Shown: piece after piece, positions 47,701 to 61,242 of the stretch
How positions within the stretch are numbered: position 1 is the first letter of the stretch
Layout: each line of letters begins with the position of its first letter
Origin: an uncultured Acidobacteriota bacterium
GTDB lineage: Bacteria; Acidobacteriota; Thermoanaerobaculia; UBA5066
DNA length: 64,000 nucleotides
NCBI GenBank assembly: GCA_963821435.1
Contig: CAWGDR010000011.1
Span: 185,277 to 249,276 of the forward strand
Reading direction: 5' to 3'
Notes under the pieces: model-generated
What the model saw: only the letters and a program-made list of their open reading frames with translations
Databases searched by the model: none
What the model was told of the DNA's origin: nothing
Position numbers and translations under genes: made by a program

Positions 47701-49876
47701 CCGGTGCGAGCTGAACTACACGGCCTACCGCGGCCGGACGGACGCCAGCAGCCCGAACAAGGACGCCGGCTTCGACACCGACAACGACCCGCGGATCCCG
47801 AAGACGACCGAGGACGGCACGACGCCCGACCGGTACGGCGCGGCCCTCGGGGCGAAGAAGGACTGGGCGTTCTTCGCCACGGACGCGAAGGCGATGGCGA
47901 AGGCGTTCACGACGATCGTCGCCGCCACGGCGACGGGCGACTACACGACGGCGCCGCCGGTGTCGGGCTCGGTCCTCTCGCTCGGCAACATCGTCCTCCT
48001 CCCGTCGTCGGAGTTCCCGACCTGGAAGGGGCACATGTACGCCATCGACTCGACGAAGAACCCGGGAGACGTCGGCTACCTCAGGTGGGACGCCGGCAAG
48101 GCCCTGTCCGACCCGGCCGACCCCGGCTACGTGGCGCCCGGGAGCCGGAAGATCTACACGTGGGATACCTCGAACGCCCTCGTTGAGGTGATCGACGCGA
48201 ACCAGGACACCCTGGCGAACCTCGCGGGGCTTCCGAACCCGAGCGGATTCGACACCTCGGCCTTCAACACGAAGGTCATCGACTTCATCCGCGGCAACGA
48301 CGGGACCAAGACGAGCACCGGCCGCTTCTGGCGCTTCGGCCCGCCGATCAACGCGACGCCGGCGGTCATCGGACCTCCCGAGATCTACAAGCAGAGCAAG
48401 CTGCCCGACCACAAGCCGTTCGAGGGGGCGTACAAGACCCGGACGGCGCTGGCGTGGGTCGGCGCGGACGACGGAATGCTGCACGCCTTCAACTTCACGA
48501 CGGGCGCCGAGGTCGTGGCGATCATCCCGCCGAACCTCCTCAAGCCGCAGGTCGACCTCTACAACAACTACCTCGCCGGCGAGTCGCTGACGGGCCAGAA
48601 CGTCGACCTGACGAACCACATCTGGGGCCAGGCGAACTCGCTCCGCTACTACGACGTCTGGGACGGCTCCGAGTACCACACGATGGGGTACCTCACCGAA
48701 GGTCCCGCCGGCACGCTCCTCGCCGCCCTCGACATCACGCATCCCTCTCCGACCGATTCGAACTACGCCGATTTCGGCGGCGATCCGGTGAGGGTCGTCT
48801 GGACGAAGTCGCAGGCCGACTTCGCCCCCGTGCCGAGCCTTTTCAACACCTGGAGCGTCCCGGCCACCGCCGCCGCCGCGTACCTCGACTACCGGCTCTT
48901 CTTCGGGCAGGGGCAGAACACCGCCAGCACCGCCGCCGCGCAGGTGGACGCGAGCTTCTTCACGGTCGACTCCTGGAGCGGCGCGCAGATCGGCTCGACG
49001 AAGACGCTCGCGAAACTGGCGATCCCCGCGCCCTGGGTCGGGGAACAGTCGTTCGCCGACTCGGTCTTCTTCCAGACAGGCGCGCCGGGCTACTTCGGCG
49101 ACAACTTCGCCAACCTCGCCCTCCAGGCCGACCTGAACGGGCGGATCTGGTTCAACTACGACGCGTCCGCGGCGTCCGGCTTCCCGGACGTAGCGATCGG
49201 CATCGACGCCACCGCCAAGGCCGGCCAGTCCCAGCCCCTCTACTATCCGCCGGCGGTGAGCGGCCTCGGGAAGAGCGGCTGCCAGGTCTACGCGTTCGGC
49301 AGCGGCACGGCGTACGAGCAGAGCCCGACCGTGACCGGGCGTCAGATCGGCACCTCGCCCAACTTCATCCCGCAGTTTTACCTGGCCGTCAACACCCAGA
49401 CGGCGCCCGTCTTCAACACGACGGTCCCGAACACGCAGATCGTGACCGGCGCCTTCTCCTCGTTCCAGAAGCCGGCGGGCTCTCCGGACTACCCGGGCCC
49501 GCTGGGCGTCCGGACGATGCTGACCTCGTCGCCGTTCCTTCTCGTCCCGGGGGACGGGAAAGGCGTGGCGAACGCCCTCTTCCTCCTCTTCGACCCCGAC
49601 GTCGGCTGCAACGGCTGGTCGTATGTCGCCATCGTCTCGTTCAACCTGACCGCCTGCGCGTCGGACTTCTCGGTCAACCCGATCACGAAGGTGGACGTCT
49701 TCGCCGCCGGTGCGGGTGCGGCGTCGGGCTTCGCCCTCGCGGGCACGGAGATCGTCGTCGCCAAGTCGGGCATCGGCAAGGGGGCTTCGGCGGGTCTCGT
49801 CAAGCCGGGCGTGAACATCACGGCCTATCTCGGTCTCGGAAATATTGCGCCGAACTTCTGGAGAGAGCTGAAATAG
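44709..49876 (+). CDS. giant PilY1-like tip adhesin: signal peptide, vWA domain split by an approximately 400-aa Thr-rich insertion, C-terminal PilY1 beta-propeller (at least 2 frameshifts between 46190 and 46655)
   Basis: Signal [23 protein letters not shown] lies at 44886-44900. The (T-X)n tract spans 45001-46190. The vWA then resumes ([13 protein letters not shown]..., [24 protein letters not shown]). The PilY1 C-terminal domain shows [18 protein letters not shown] and [29 protein letters not shown]. The start (GTG 44709 versus ATG 44676) is uncertain. Confidence 0.75.
45001..46190 (+). repeat. in-frame low-complexity coding repeat (ACG-CCG-ACN-NNN)n encoding (Thr-Pro-Thr-X)n
   Basis: About 1.19 kb in which nearly every second codon is Thr ([20 protein letters not shown]...[19 protein letters not shown]...[13 protein letters not shown]). 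The antisense strand reads (VGV)n, which explains the spurious ORF at 45230-45967. Confidence 0.9.
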
Positions 49877-49884
49877 GGGCTGAC

Positions 49885-49911
49885 GCCGCCGGGGCCGCGC
49901 GCCCCGGCGGC
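49885..49911 (+). other. GC-rich 11-bp hairpin between the pilY1-like gene and the next pseudopilin gene (no U-tract)
   Basis: GCCGCCGGGGC-cgcgc-GCCCCGGCGGC. It is not followed by a T-run, so it is not a canonical intrinsic terminator. It could be an mRNA-stabilising or processing structure. Confidence 0.3.
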
Positions 49912-49935
49912 CGCCCGGCCTAAGATGAGGCCGGG

Positions 49936-51189
49936 ATGCGGACGTCGCGGAATTCAACCGGGAGGAGGAAGCCGGCCGGCTCCCTCCTCCGCGGCTTCTC
50001 CCTTCCCGCGCTCCTCGCGACCCTCCTGGCCTGCGTCGTCCTCGTCGCGGCGGCCCTCCTCGTCGTCGACCGGACCACGCGGATCCGTCCGGCGGCCTCC
50101 GCCCCGAAGCTCAAGACGTCTCTCGACGCCGCGAGCCGGGCCCTGGCACGCGACCTCGAGGCGGCTGCGGGAGGCCTCCTTCCGACGCGAGAGGCGGTCC
50201 GGCCGCTCGCGGACAACTTCGAGGGGACCCGGCTCTTCACGAACGTCTTCGGCCAGGCGACGCCGGTTCGGGCCGGAACGGACATCCTGGGACTCCGGGG
50301 GGTCCTCCGGGCGCCCGTGCTGCGTCTCGACGGGGGAGCGCCCGCGGAGTTCGGCCAGCCGAGCGCCGCGCCTCTCCGGATCACGGGAGCCCCGGGACCC
50401 CGGAACGAAGCCCTCGTCGCGACGGCGGCGAGGCTGCGCGCCCGGGACCTCGCCGGGCCGGCCCGGCGCTTTTTCCTCGTGGTGGATGCGGCGGGCCTCT
50501 GGGCAGTGGCGCGGGTCACGGCCTTCGACGCGTCGGGGCTTGACGGCTGCGAGGGGGGGGTCGGGGGATCGACCGCCCGTCCCTGCGGCCTCGGGCTGAC
50601 GCTCGACTTCACGGATCCTGACGCCGTCGCCGGGAATCCCGGAGGGAACCCTGCGGCGGCCTCGCGCCTCGGCCCCCTCGTGGCGGCGGGGCTCTACGAC
50701 GAGGTCGCTTTCTTCGTCGCCCTTGGCCCAAGCGGCCGCCCCCCGGACTACTTCGTCGTGAACGACCCCCCCTCCATGGCGAACCCCCACCCGTTCCTCG
50801 CCGCGGCGGAGGCGGCGGGCGCCGGGCGCTGGGAGGTAGCGCGGGTCGCGGACGACATCGAGAACCTCCAGGTGGCGTTCGGTCTGAAGGGGGCGGACGG
50901 GGGCGAGGTTTGGGTGGGGGAGCGGCCCGGAGCGCCGGTGCCGGCGGACGGGATCGGGCCCGATGTCGGGATTCCGGCGCGGCTGAAGGCGGTTCGCTGC
51001 GCCCTGGTCGCGATCGGACCGCGCCGGAGCGGAGCGGGCCCTGCGGATTTCGCCGCGGCGCTTCCCTTCAACGCGCCACCGGCCGGCGAGGGATCGACGC
51101 CCGTCGGCTGGGCGTCCGTGGCCCGGAACCAGATCGCCGTCGCGCGGGAAAGCCGAGTCGTGGAGGTGCGATTCCCCGCCTCCCCCTGA
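49936..51189 (+). CDS. PilW-like pseudopilin (second copy)
   Basis: LLRG/FSLPALLATLLACVVLVAAALLV is a prepilin-like leader that lacks E+5 (P-A-L-L-A). The internal VADDIENLQVAFGL block resembles the PilW block. Confidence 0.55.
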   Translation: MRTSRNSTGRRKPAGSLLRGFSLPALLATLLACVVLVAAALLVVDRTTRIRPAASAPKLKTSLDAASRALARDLEAAAGGLLPTREAVRPLADNFEGTRLFTNVFGQATPVRAGTDILGLRGVLRAPVLRLDGGAPAEFGQPSAAPLRITGAPGPRNEALVATAARLRARDLAGPARRFFLVVDAAGLWAVARVTAFDASGLDGCEGGVGGSTARPCGLGLTLDFTDPDAVAGNPGGNPAAASRLGPLVAAGLYDEVAFFVALGPSGRPPDYFVVNDPPSMANPHPFLAAAEAAGAGRWEVARVADDIENLQVAFGLKGADGGEVWVGERPGAPVPADGIGPDVGIPARLKAVRCALVAIGPRRSGAGPADFAAALPFNAPPAGEGSTPVGWASVARNQIAVARESRVVEVRFPASP

Positions 51190-51227
51190 GGACGAGGGGT
51201 ATGATTTGGTGTTCACCGGAGGTGTCC

Positions 51228-52178
51228 ATGCGTCGCCTTCTTCCGTCGACGATCCTTGCGACCGCCCTCCTCTTGGGCTTCGGGGCGGTTGCGGACGATG
51301 TCATCCTCAAGGACGGCCGGGTCATCCGGACAGTCGGACCTCCCATGCTCAAGGGACGCATGGTCATCCTGAAGACGGCCGACGGCCAGCTCCTCTCTCT
51401 CCCGGCGGGGGAGATCGACCAGGAGAAGACGGCGGCCGCCCGTGTCGCGCCGACGCCAGCTCCCGCTCCGACGGCGACGCCGAACCGCCCTCTGACGCCC
51501 GCCGAGGCCGCCCGCCTGACGAAGGGGAAGAAGGCCACCGTCGTCCTGACCGATGACCAGGTCGCGGGAGGAGAGCTCGCGGGAGCAGACCCCGAAAAGA
51601 AGGAGGCCGGTGAAGAGCGTGTCGACGTCGCCAACGCGTCGGCGACGAAGACCAAGGAGGGCTACGCGTTCACCGGGTCGCTCGTCAACAGCGGAAAGGT
51701 GGATGTCTCGGGCGTGGGGGTCACGATCGAGGCGATCGGCCCGGACAACAAGACGATCGTCTCGGGGTTCGGCCAGGTCGCGAAAGACAACCTGGGTCCG
51801 GGCGAGAAGAGCGCGTTCACGGCGGCCCTGGCGACCGACGCCGAGGCGGCCACGTTCCGCTACGTCCCGCAGTGGCAGGTCAAGATGGGCGTGAAGGGCG
51901 CGAGCGGAAGCGGATCGGGCCCCTCGGGTCCCGCAGGGGCCGCGGATTCGAGCGGCATCGTCCCGACGCCGACGCCCGGCGTGATCCCGTCGCAGGTCGG
52001 TGAAAAGGCGGACAGGCTCCCCGGCGACAAGGCGGCCGCGCCGCCGCCGACGCCACTGCCGCGGCCCGACATCGCGCCGCAGTCGCCGAACGCCGCGATC
52101 GGCGCCCCCGACAAGCCGGGGGGGACGTTCATCCCCAAGCCGACCGGCGACCAGCCGAAGCCTCCGTCGGGGAACTGA
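51228..52178 (+). CDS. secreted protein with FxLYD-like beta-sandwich domain and Pro-rich tails
   Basis: Signal MRRLLPSTILATALLLGFGAVA. The central region YAFTGSLVNSGKVDVSGVGVTIEAIGPDNKTIVSGFGQVAKDNLGPGEKSAFTAAL resembles FxLYD domains. The C-terminus is P/G-rich. Confidence 0.45.
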   Translation: MRRLLPSTILATALLLGFGAVADDVILKDGRVIRTVGPPMLKGRMVILKTADGQLLSLPAGEIDQEKTAAARVAPTPAPAPTATPNRPLTPAEAARLTKGKKATVVLTDDQVAGGELAGADPEKKEAGEERVDVANASATKTKEGYAFTGSLVNSGKVDVSGVGVTIEAIGPDNKTIVSGFGQVAKDNLGPGEKSAFTAALATDAEAATFRYVPQWQVKMGVKGASGSGSGPSGPAGAADSSGIVPTPTPGVIPSQVGEKADRLPGDKAAAPPPTPLPRPDIAPQSPNAAIGAPDKPGGTFIPKPTGDQPKPPSGN

Positions 52179-52234
52179 ACGGGAGACGGCGGTGCCGAAA
52201 CCGCTCGCGCCCTAGGGACGGGCCCCGCCACGCC

Positions 52235-53584
52235 ATGCCGGCCGAGATCCTGCTCGTCGAGGACCGGGAGTCGCTCCGCGCGATGCTGGCGGAGACTCTC
52301 GAGCGGCTCGGCTACGGCGTCGAGGCCGTCGCGGCCGGCGACGAGGCCGTCCGGCGGCTGCAGGCCGGCCGCCGCTACGCCCTGGTCCTCACGGATCTGA
52401 AGCTCCCCGGGGCGGACGGGCTTGCGGTGCTCGCCGCCGCCCTGGCGGCTGATCCCGGGCTGCCGGTCGTCGTGTTGACGGGATTCGGCACCGTGGAGAC
52501 CGCGGTCGCCGCGATGAAGGCGGGCGCGGCGGACTTCCTCAGCAAGCCGGTCGACCCGGACCTCCTTCAGCTCCTCGTGGCGCGGCACGTGGCGGCCCGG
52601 CGCGGCGCGGTCGCGCACGCCCTCCTCGCGGCCGAGGCCGGGCTCTCGGGCATGCCGGCGATCGTCGGCTCCTCGCCGGCCCTCGCCGAGGCGCTCGAAC
52701 GGATCCGGCGGGCCGCCGAGACCGACGTGACCGTCGTCTTGACCGGCGAGTCCGGGACGGGGAAGGAGCTCTTCGCGCGCGCCCTCCACGCCCTTTCCCC
52801 CCGTTCCGCGGGGCCGTTCGTCCCGGTCAACGTCGCGGCAATCCCCGAGGGGCTCGTCGAGAACGAGCTCTTCGGGCACGAGCGGGGCGCGTACACGGGC
52901 GCCGTCGAGCGGCGGGCCGGCCGCTTCGAGCTGGCGGACGGCGGGACGCTCTTCCTCGACGAGATCTCCGAGCTGCCGGCGCCCTCCCAGTCGAAGTTCC
53001 TTAGGGTCGTCGAGGAGCGGCAGTTCCACAGGGTCGGCGGGACGGTGCCGGTCTCGGTCGACGTCCGGATCGTCGTCGCGACGAACCGGGACCTCACGGC
53101 CCTCGTGAAGAGCGGCGCGTTCCGCGAGGACCTCTTCTACCGGCTCGAGGTTTTCCCGGTCCGGCTTCCGCCTCTCCGCGCGCGCAAGGAGGACCTGCCG
53201 GCGCTCGCGCGGTCCTTCGCCGAGAGCGCCGCGCGCCAGATGCGGAAAAAGGCGCCGGAGTTCTCGCCGGCGGCCCTCGCGCGCCTCGCCGAGCACGACT
53301 GGCCCGGGAACATCCGCGAGCTGAAGAACGTCGTCGAGCGGGCCGTGATCCTCTCCCGGGGAGAGACGATCCGCCCGGCCGACATCGTCCCCGGCCTCCC
53401 GGGCGAGACGGCGAGCCCCCACCCGTCGCTCGACGGGGCTCTCGACGACGTGATCGAGAGGTGGAAGCGGGCGGGGGAGACGGCCCGGATCCGGCGTGCG
53501 CTCGAGGAGGCGGCGGGCGACCGCGCCAAGGCGGCCGAGGAGCTCGGCATCCCGGCGCGCCGCCTCGCCCAGCGGATGAAGGAG

Positions 53585-53596
<12 letters not shown>
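52235..53596 (+). CDS. sigma-54-dependent two-component response regulator (NtrC/PilR family)
   Basis: Intact 453-aa ORF. The receiver is LVLTDLKLPG...KAGAADFLSKP. The AAA+ domain has GESGTGKE, GAYTGA (a variant of GAFTGA) and DVRIVVATNRDL. The C-terminus is a Fis-type HTH (AAEELGIPARRLAQRMKELG). Confidence 0.9.
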
Positions 53597-54959
<1,363 letters not shown>

Positions 54960-54989
54960 CGTCGGAAACTGTAGACTAATCGCGTCGCC

Positions 54990-55578
54990 ATGCCGGACAC
55001 CATCGAGAACGAGCTCGCGGTGCTCGAACGGGGCCTCACGGCGCTCCGCGTGGAGTACGAGCGCTTCTTCACGGGCGACCTGAAGAAGCCGCCGGTCCAG
55101 ACGAAGAAGCGGATCGAGGATCTCTTCCGGCGCCTCGAGGACGTCCACGTCGACCGTGCCGCCGACCGGTTCCGGCTCCAGAACCTCCAGAGCCGCTTTT
55201 CGTCCCTGACGGAGCTGTGGGAGAAGCGGCTCCTGCAGCGGGAGCAGGGAAAGCTCGTCCCCGCCCGCCCTGCGCCTCCGCCCTCCCGGGAGGAGGCGGC
55301 CCCGGCGCCGGGGCGCGACGCGGAGGCCTCGGCGTCCGTAAGCAGGAAGGGACGAGTCGACCTGATGCCGATCTTCGAGCGCTTCTGCGACGCCCGGCGG
55401 GCCCTCGGGGAAGACGTCTCCCGGCTCAAGTACGAGCGGTTCGAGGAGCTCCTGAAGAAGCAGGCGGCCGCGATCCGGAAGGAGACCGGGGCGTCCCGCC
55501 TCGTCTTCGAGGTCCTCACCGTCGAGGGAAAGCGTCCGCCTCGTCGGCCGCCCGGCCACCCCGAAAGGAAACCGATGA
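54990..55578 (+). CDS. conserved hypothetical cytoplasmic protein (coiled-coil; one frameshift near 55535)
   Basis: MPDTIENELAVLERGLTALRVEYERFFTGDLKKPPVQTKKRIEDLFRRLED...RFRLQNLQSRF...YERFEELLKKQAAAIRKETG.... The end is VEGK-VRLVGRPATPKGNR with its TGA overlapping the next ATG. It resembles a myxobacterial/acidobacterial conserved family; my recollection of the name (MXAN_5187-like) is uncertain. Confidence 0.45.
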
Positions 55579-56591
55579 GACGCTTCCTCGCCGCCGGCGC
55601 CGCCGCCCTCCTTCTCGCCGCCGGTCCCATGGCCGGCAAGGACGTCTACAAGGCGTTTCTCAGCCCCGAGGTGCCGCACCATCGCGCCATCCAGGAGATC
55701 CTCGCGCAGATCGAGGCGCATCCTGACGACGCGAGCCTCTTCAACGACCTCGGCTGCCTCGTCGCGTGGGACGGCTTCTGGCGCGACGCGCTCCGGAACT
55801 TCGAGACCGCGGCGAAGCTCGACCCGGCCGACACCCGGCCCATGTTCAACGCCGGCATCGTCTATGCCTACAAGGGGGAGTGGGGCAACGCCCAGGAGCG
55901 CGTTCCACGAGGCCGTGAAGCGAGGGCCGGGGAACTGGGCCGGATGGTGGATGCTCGGCTACGCCGAGGAGCAGCTGGGCCATCTGCAGTCCGCCGTCGA
56001 TGCCTATCGGACGTCGCTCCGGATGGACACGTCGCTCTTCGACGTGAAGCGGAACCCGTTCGCCGCCAACTCCCGGCTGAAGGCGATCGTCCTCACGGCG
56101 ACCTATGAGAAGAGGCTCGCGCGGTCCGCCATGCCCCGGGCGGAGGAGTTCGCGGACGAGGCCCGGATCGGCGCCCTCCTTCAGCCGACCAAGGCCGCGC
56201 CGCGAGCCGCGGCCGCTCTCGCCGCCGAACCGGAAGCGCCGTCCGTCCGCGACGGGCCCGGTCATCACGAACGTACCGCCGGCCTCGACGGCCCCGGCGC
56301 GAACCGGGAAGCGTCGCTCCCGCCCCACCGACGTGCCGCCCGATCCGCGACCGCGCCCGGAAGCGAGCCGGCGTCCGCGACCGGCACCGCGTCCCGCAGA
56401 CGGACACGTCCCGCCGGATTCCCGGGACCGGGAGGCTTCGAGGCGACGCCCGGCGCGCCTCCGCGGCCCGCCGGCGTGCCACGCACCGCGCCCGGGGCGC
56501 CGCAGACCGCTCCGGGGCACCGCAGACGGCGCCGGGCGCGCCGGTTCCGGCGCCGACGGCCGTCGTCCCGGGACCCGGCGCCGGGGCCTGA
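55575..56591 (+). CDS. secreted TPR-repeat protein with Pro/Ala-rich C-terminus (about 2-3 frameshifts)
   Basis: Signal MRRFLAAGAAALLLAAGPMAG. TPR-like helices: ASLFNDLGCLVAWDGFWRDALRNFETAAKLDPADTRPMFNAGIVYAYKGEW, then SAFHEAVKRGPGNWAGWWMLGYAEEQLGHLQSAVDAYRTSL. Confidence 0.55.
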
Positions 56592-56601
56592 CCGCGCCGA
56601 G

Positions 56602-57964
56602 TCAGTCGTTCTTCCAGCGCGGGACGTAGAGCGTCGGGGAGCCGGCGCCCCCGCCGGCGCCGGTCACGAACTTGAGGTCGTCCCCGACGGCCTCGACCCG
56701 CCGGAGAAGGTCCGAGAGCCGTCCCGAGACGATGGCCTCCGAGATTCGCCCCGCCGCACGCCCCTTCTCGATGAGGTACCCGCCGGTCTGGAGCCGGAAG
56801 CGGTTCGCGGCGACGTCGACCGCCGGGACGGGAGAGGAGGATCGCCGCGTAGAAGCCCCTCGCGGCGCCGCCGAGGAGATCCAGCGGCGAGACGCCGGCC
56901 GCCGGGTCGACGAAGAAGTTCGTCACCCCGATGGAGGGAGGGTCGGACCAGGCGCGGCGGACCGCGTTTCCCGTCGGGGGCGTCCCGCGCCGTGCCGCCG
57001 CCGCCACGTCGGTCAGCCGCGAGACGGGGACGCCGCGCTCGACGACGACGTGCCGCGCCTGCGGCGTTCCCTCCCCGTCGCGGGGCGTCCGGACGGGCCC
57101 CCCGGGAGCCGACGCGTCGTCGACGAGCGTCACGAGCGGCGCGGCGAGCGGATCGCGGCCGTCACGCGTCCGGGCCGCGAGGAGCGCGTCGGCGTCGTCG
57201 CCGAAGAAGAGCGGGGCGAGGCGCGCGACGACGTGCGCGGCGACATGGGAGTCGAGCAGGAGGTCGAACCGGGACGCTTCGAGCGGCCGACCGTGGAGCG
57301 GGAGGAGGACGCGGTCCGCGGCGTGGCGCGCGAGGCGGTGGAGCGGCAGCTCTTCGGGCACGCGGCCGCTGCGCGACGACGCGGGCGGAGATCGCGCCCG
57401 CCGGCGCTTCGGCCGACGACCGTGCCGACGAGCGAGGCAGCCACGGGTCGTCCACGCCGCCTCCCGGCCGGCGGTCGTCGCGATCCGCTCGCGCCGCTCG
57501 CCGAGCGCGATCGACGCCTCCGAGAGCGTCACGGCTCCTTCCCCGGCGGCGCGCGACGAAGCGCCGGAAGCCGGCGAGCAGCTCCCGGGCGAGGGCTTCG
57601 TCCGGGGGACGTCAGGTCCGTCGCGGCCTCGCGAACCGGCGCGTCTCCCGGAGACCGGCGGTGCGGCGCGGGCTCCGCGGCGCGCGCGGGAGCGGGGAAG
57701 CGCGGCCCGGGCGCGATCGAGGAGGCCGGCCACGGCCTCGGGCCCGCCGGCCGCGAATGCGGTGCGGCCCGACCGGTAGACGCGGACCGCGAATCCCGCG
57801 CTCGCGCGATTCCGAGATCCGCACCCCGTCGTCGTCCTCGGAGACCTCCAGCGCGGCGCCGCGGCGCTCGTAAACCTCGGCGCTCTCTCCGTCGCGCTCG
57901 GCGGCGCGCGCGGCGTCGAGCAGGCCGTCGAAGAGGGGGTCGCCGCCAGGCGGCGGGGCTTCAC
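56602..57964 (-). CDS. pmbA: PmbA/TldE metalloprotease subunit (multiple frameshifts)
   Basis: The C-terminus reads ...GFYAAILLS..LQTGGYLIEKGRAAGRISEAIVSGRLSDLL...SPTLYVPRWKND with a stop at 56602-56604. N-terminal pieces are DPLFDGLLDAARAAERDGESAEVYERR and ASAGFAVRVYRSGRTAFAAG. The GTG start overlaps the tldD stop. Confidence 0.65.
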
Positions 57965-59321
57965 GAGCCGCCTCCCGCGACGACGAGGGCGCGAAGCGAG
58001 GATCGCGCGGCGACGCGCCGCCGACCGGTACGGCGTCGCCTCCCTTGAGGCAGAGATCGAGACCGGAGGCCGGGAGGGAGGCGTCGCCCCGCGCGGCCTC
58101 CAGCTGTCGGAGCGCCGACAGGAGGTCCCCGGAGAGCGCGAACCGGGCGACGGGCGCGCCCGCTTCGCCCGCGGCGGACGAGGTCCGCCGCCTCGACGAC
58201 GAGCAGGAAGCGGCCCGATTCGGGGTCGGCGGAGCCCGCGGAGATCTCGCGGACGTAGAGGCCGGAGCCGCAGCGCTCGAGGAGCGCGGCGAGCGGGAGG
58301 CCGCCGGCGGGCACGACGAGGTTCGAGAGGCGCGGGCGAGGGCGGCCGCCGGTAGTCCGGACAGCGCCCGTGTCCGTTCGAAGCGGCGTTTCCCGTCCGG
58401 CGGTCGGTCAGGAGCCCCGTGACGCGGCCGTCCTCGAGGAGGGGCACGGCACGCGAGGGCGTCCCCTCGTCGTCGTAGTCGAAGCTCCCCGGCAGGTCCC
58501 GCCGCGTCGGGTCGGCCGAGACGAAGAGACCCGGCGGCCCGACCACGGCGTTCGGCACGCGCGCGAGGACCGACCGGTGCTCGCCTCCCTCGGCCTCGAG
58601 CGGATGGCCGACGACCTCGTGCCAGAAGACGGAGGCGGCGGCGGGGGAGAGGACGACGTCCACGCTCCCGGCGGGCGGCGGGGCGGCGGAGACGGGCCGC
58701 GCGGCCTCGGCGAGCGCGCGCGAGAGCGCGTCCGACGGCGCTGCCGAACGCCGCGGCCGACTGGAAGGCGAACGGTCGCGTGCCGTCGGCGCGCCGGATG
58801 AGACCCGTGGCGACGAGACGCGACGCCGACCCGCAGAGGACGAAGCGCGCGCGAGGTGACGACGGCCCGCGTCACCCGGACGCGGGCGATCGAGAGCGAC
58901 ACGGAGAGTCCGCGCGGGTCGGGGAAGGCGCGGGCGATCGCGGCGGCGAGGGCGGCGGTCCGCTCCTCCTCGCCGGCCTCGAGGGCCGCGGCCGGCGGCG
59001 GCGCTTCCTTCGGACGGGCCTTGAAGAACGGCGAGCCGCCTGCCCGCCGCGCCGCGTCGCGGACCACCTCGCGAAGCGCTTCGGGACCGTCGCCGCCGCG
59101 CGCGATCAGCAGCGCCTCACGCCCTCGCCGGATCCGGGCGGCCGTGCCGCGTTCTTCGGAGATGCGACGGGCTGGAGGAGACCCGCCTCCGAAGCGCTCC
59201 AGGCGACGGTCGTCCGGCGCTCGCGGAAGACCTCGCCGTGGTCGCCCCGGCGCAGGAGCCCGGAGACGATGCGGACCGCGTCGTCGGCGTCTTCGGAGAT
59301 CTCGCGCTCGGGGCTGATCAA
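57961..59321 (-). CDS. tldD: TldD metalloprotease (multiple frameshifts; start uncertain)
   Basis: [13 protein letters not shown] (HExxxH), [61 protein letters not shown] and the C-terminal ..LVVAGGGS. The fragments lie in several frames. Confidence 0.7.
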
Positions 59322-59369
59322 TCTGCAGGATTGTAGGAGGGGACCGGTCTTCCGATATTCTCCCGCGCC

Positions 59370-59649
59370 ATGGCCCTCTCGGATTCGCGGATTCGCGCCC
59401 AGGCGGCGTTCGTGGCGCGCCGTTTGCTGGCCGAAGGCCTCGTGAAGACCGCGTCGCCCGCCGAGCTGCGGCGCGCGATGGAAGCCGGTTCTCGCGTTCG
59501 ACCGGGACCGGGAGCGGGCGCTGGACGACGAGGTCAAGGCCCTGCTCGCGAAGAACGCGTCGGCGATCCGGGGCCAGGGCGTCGACTACGCCGAGATGTT
59601 CCGGAAGGCGAAGAGGATGCTGGCCGAAAAGAAGAAGATCCCGCTGTGA
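59370..59649 (+). CDS. DUF507 family protein (one frameshift near 59490)
   Basis: [39 protein letters not shown], then [53 protein letters not shown]. The pattern matches DUF507 proteins as I remember them. Confidence 0.55.
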
Positions 59650-59683
59650 GGGCGGCGACGCCAGGGGCGAGAAGAGAGGCGAC

Positions 59684-61238
<1,555 letters not shown>

Positions 61239-61242
<4 letters not shown>

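Noticed and set aside
49885-49911. Intrinsic terminator after the pilY1-like gene.
   Set aside because: The 11-bp GC hairpin is not followed by a U-tract, and the next gene starts 25 nt later with related function. It is kept only as a structural feature, not called a terminator.
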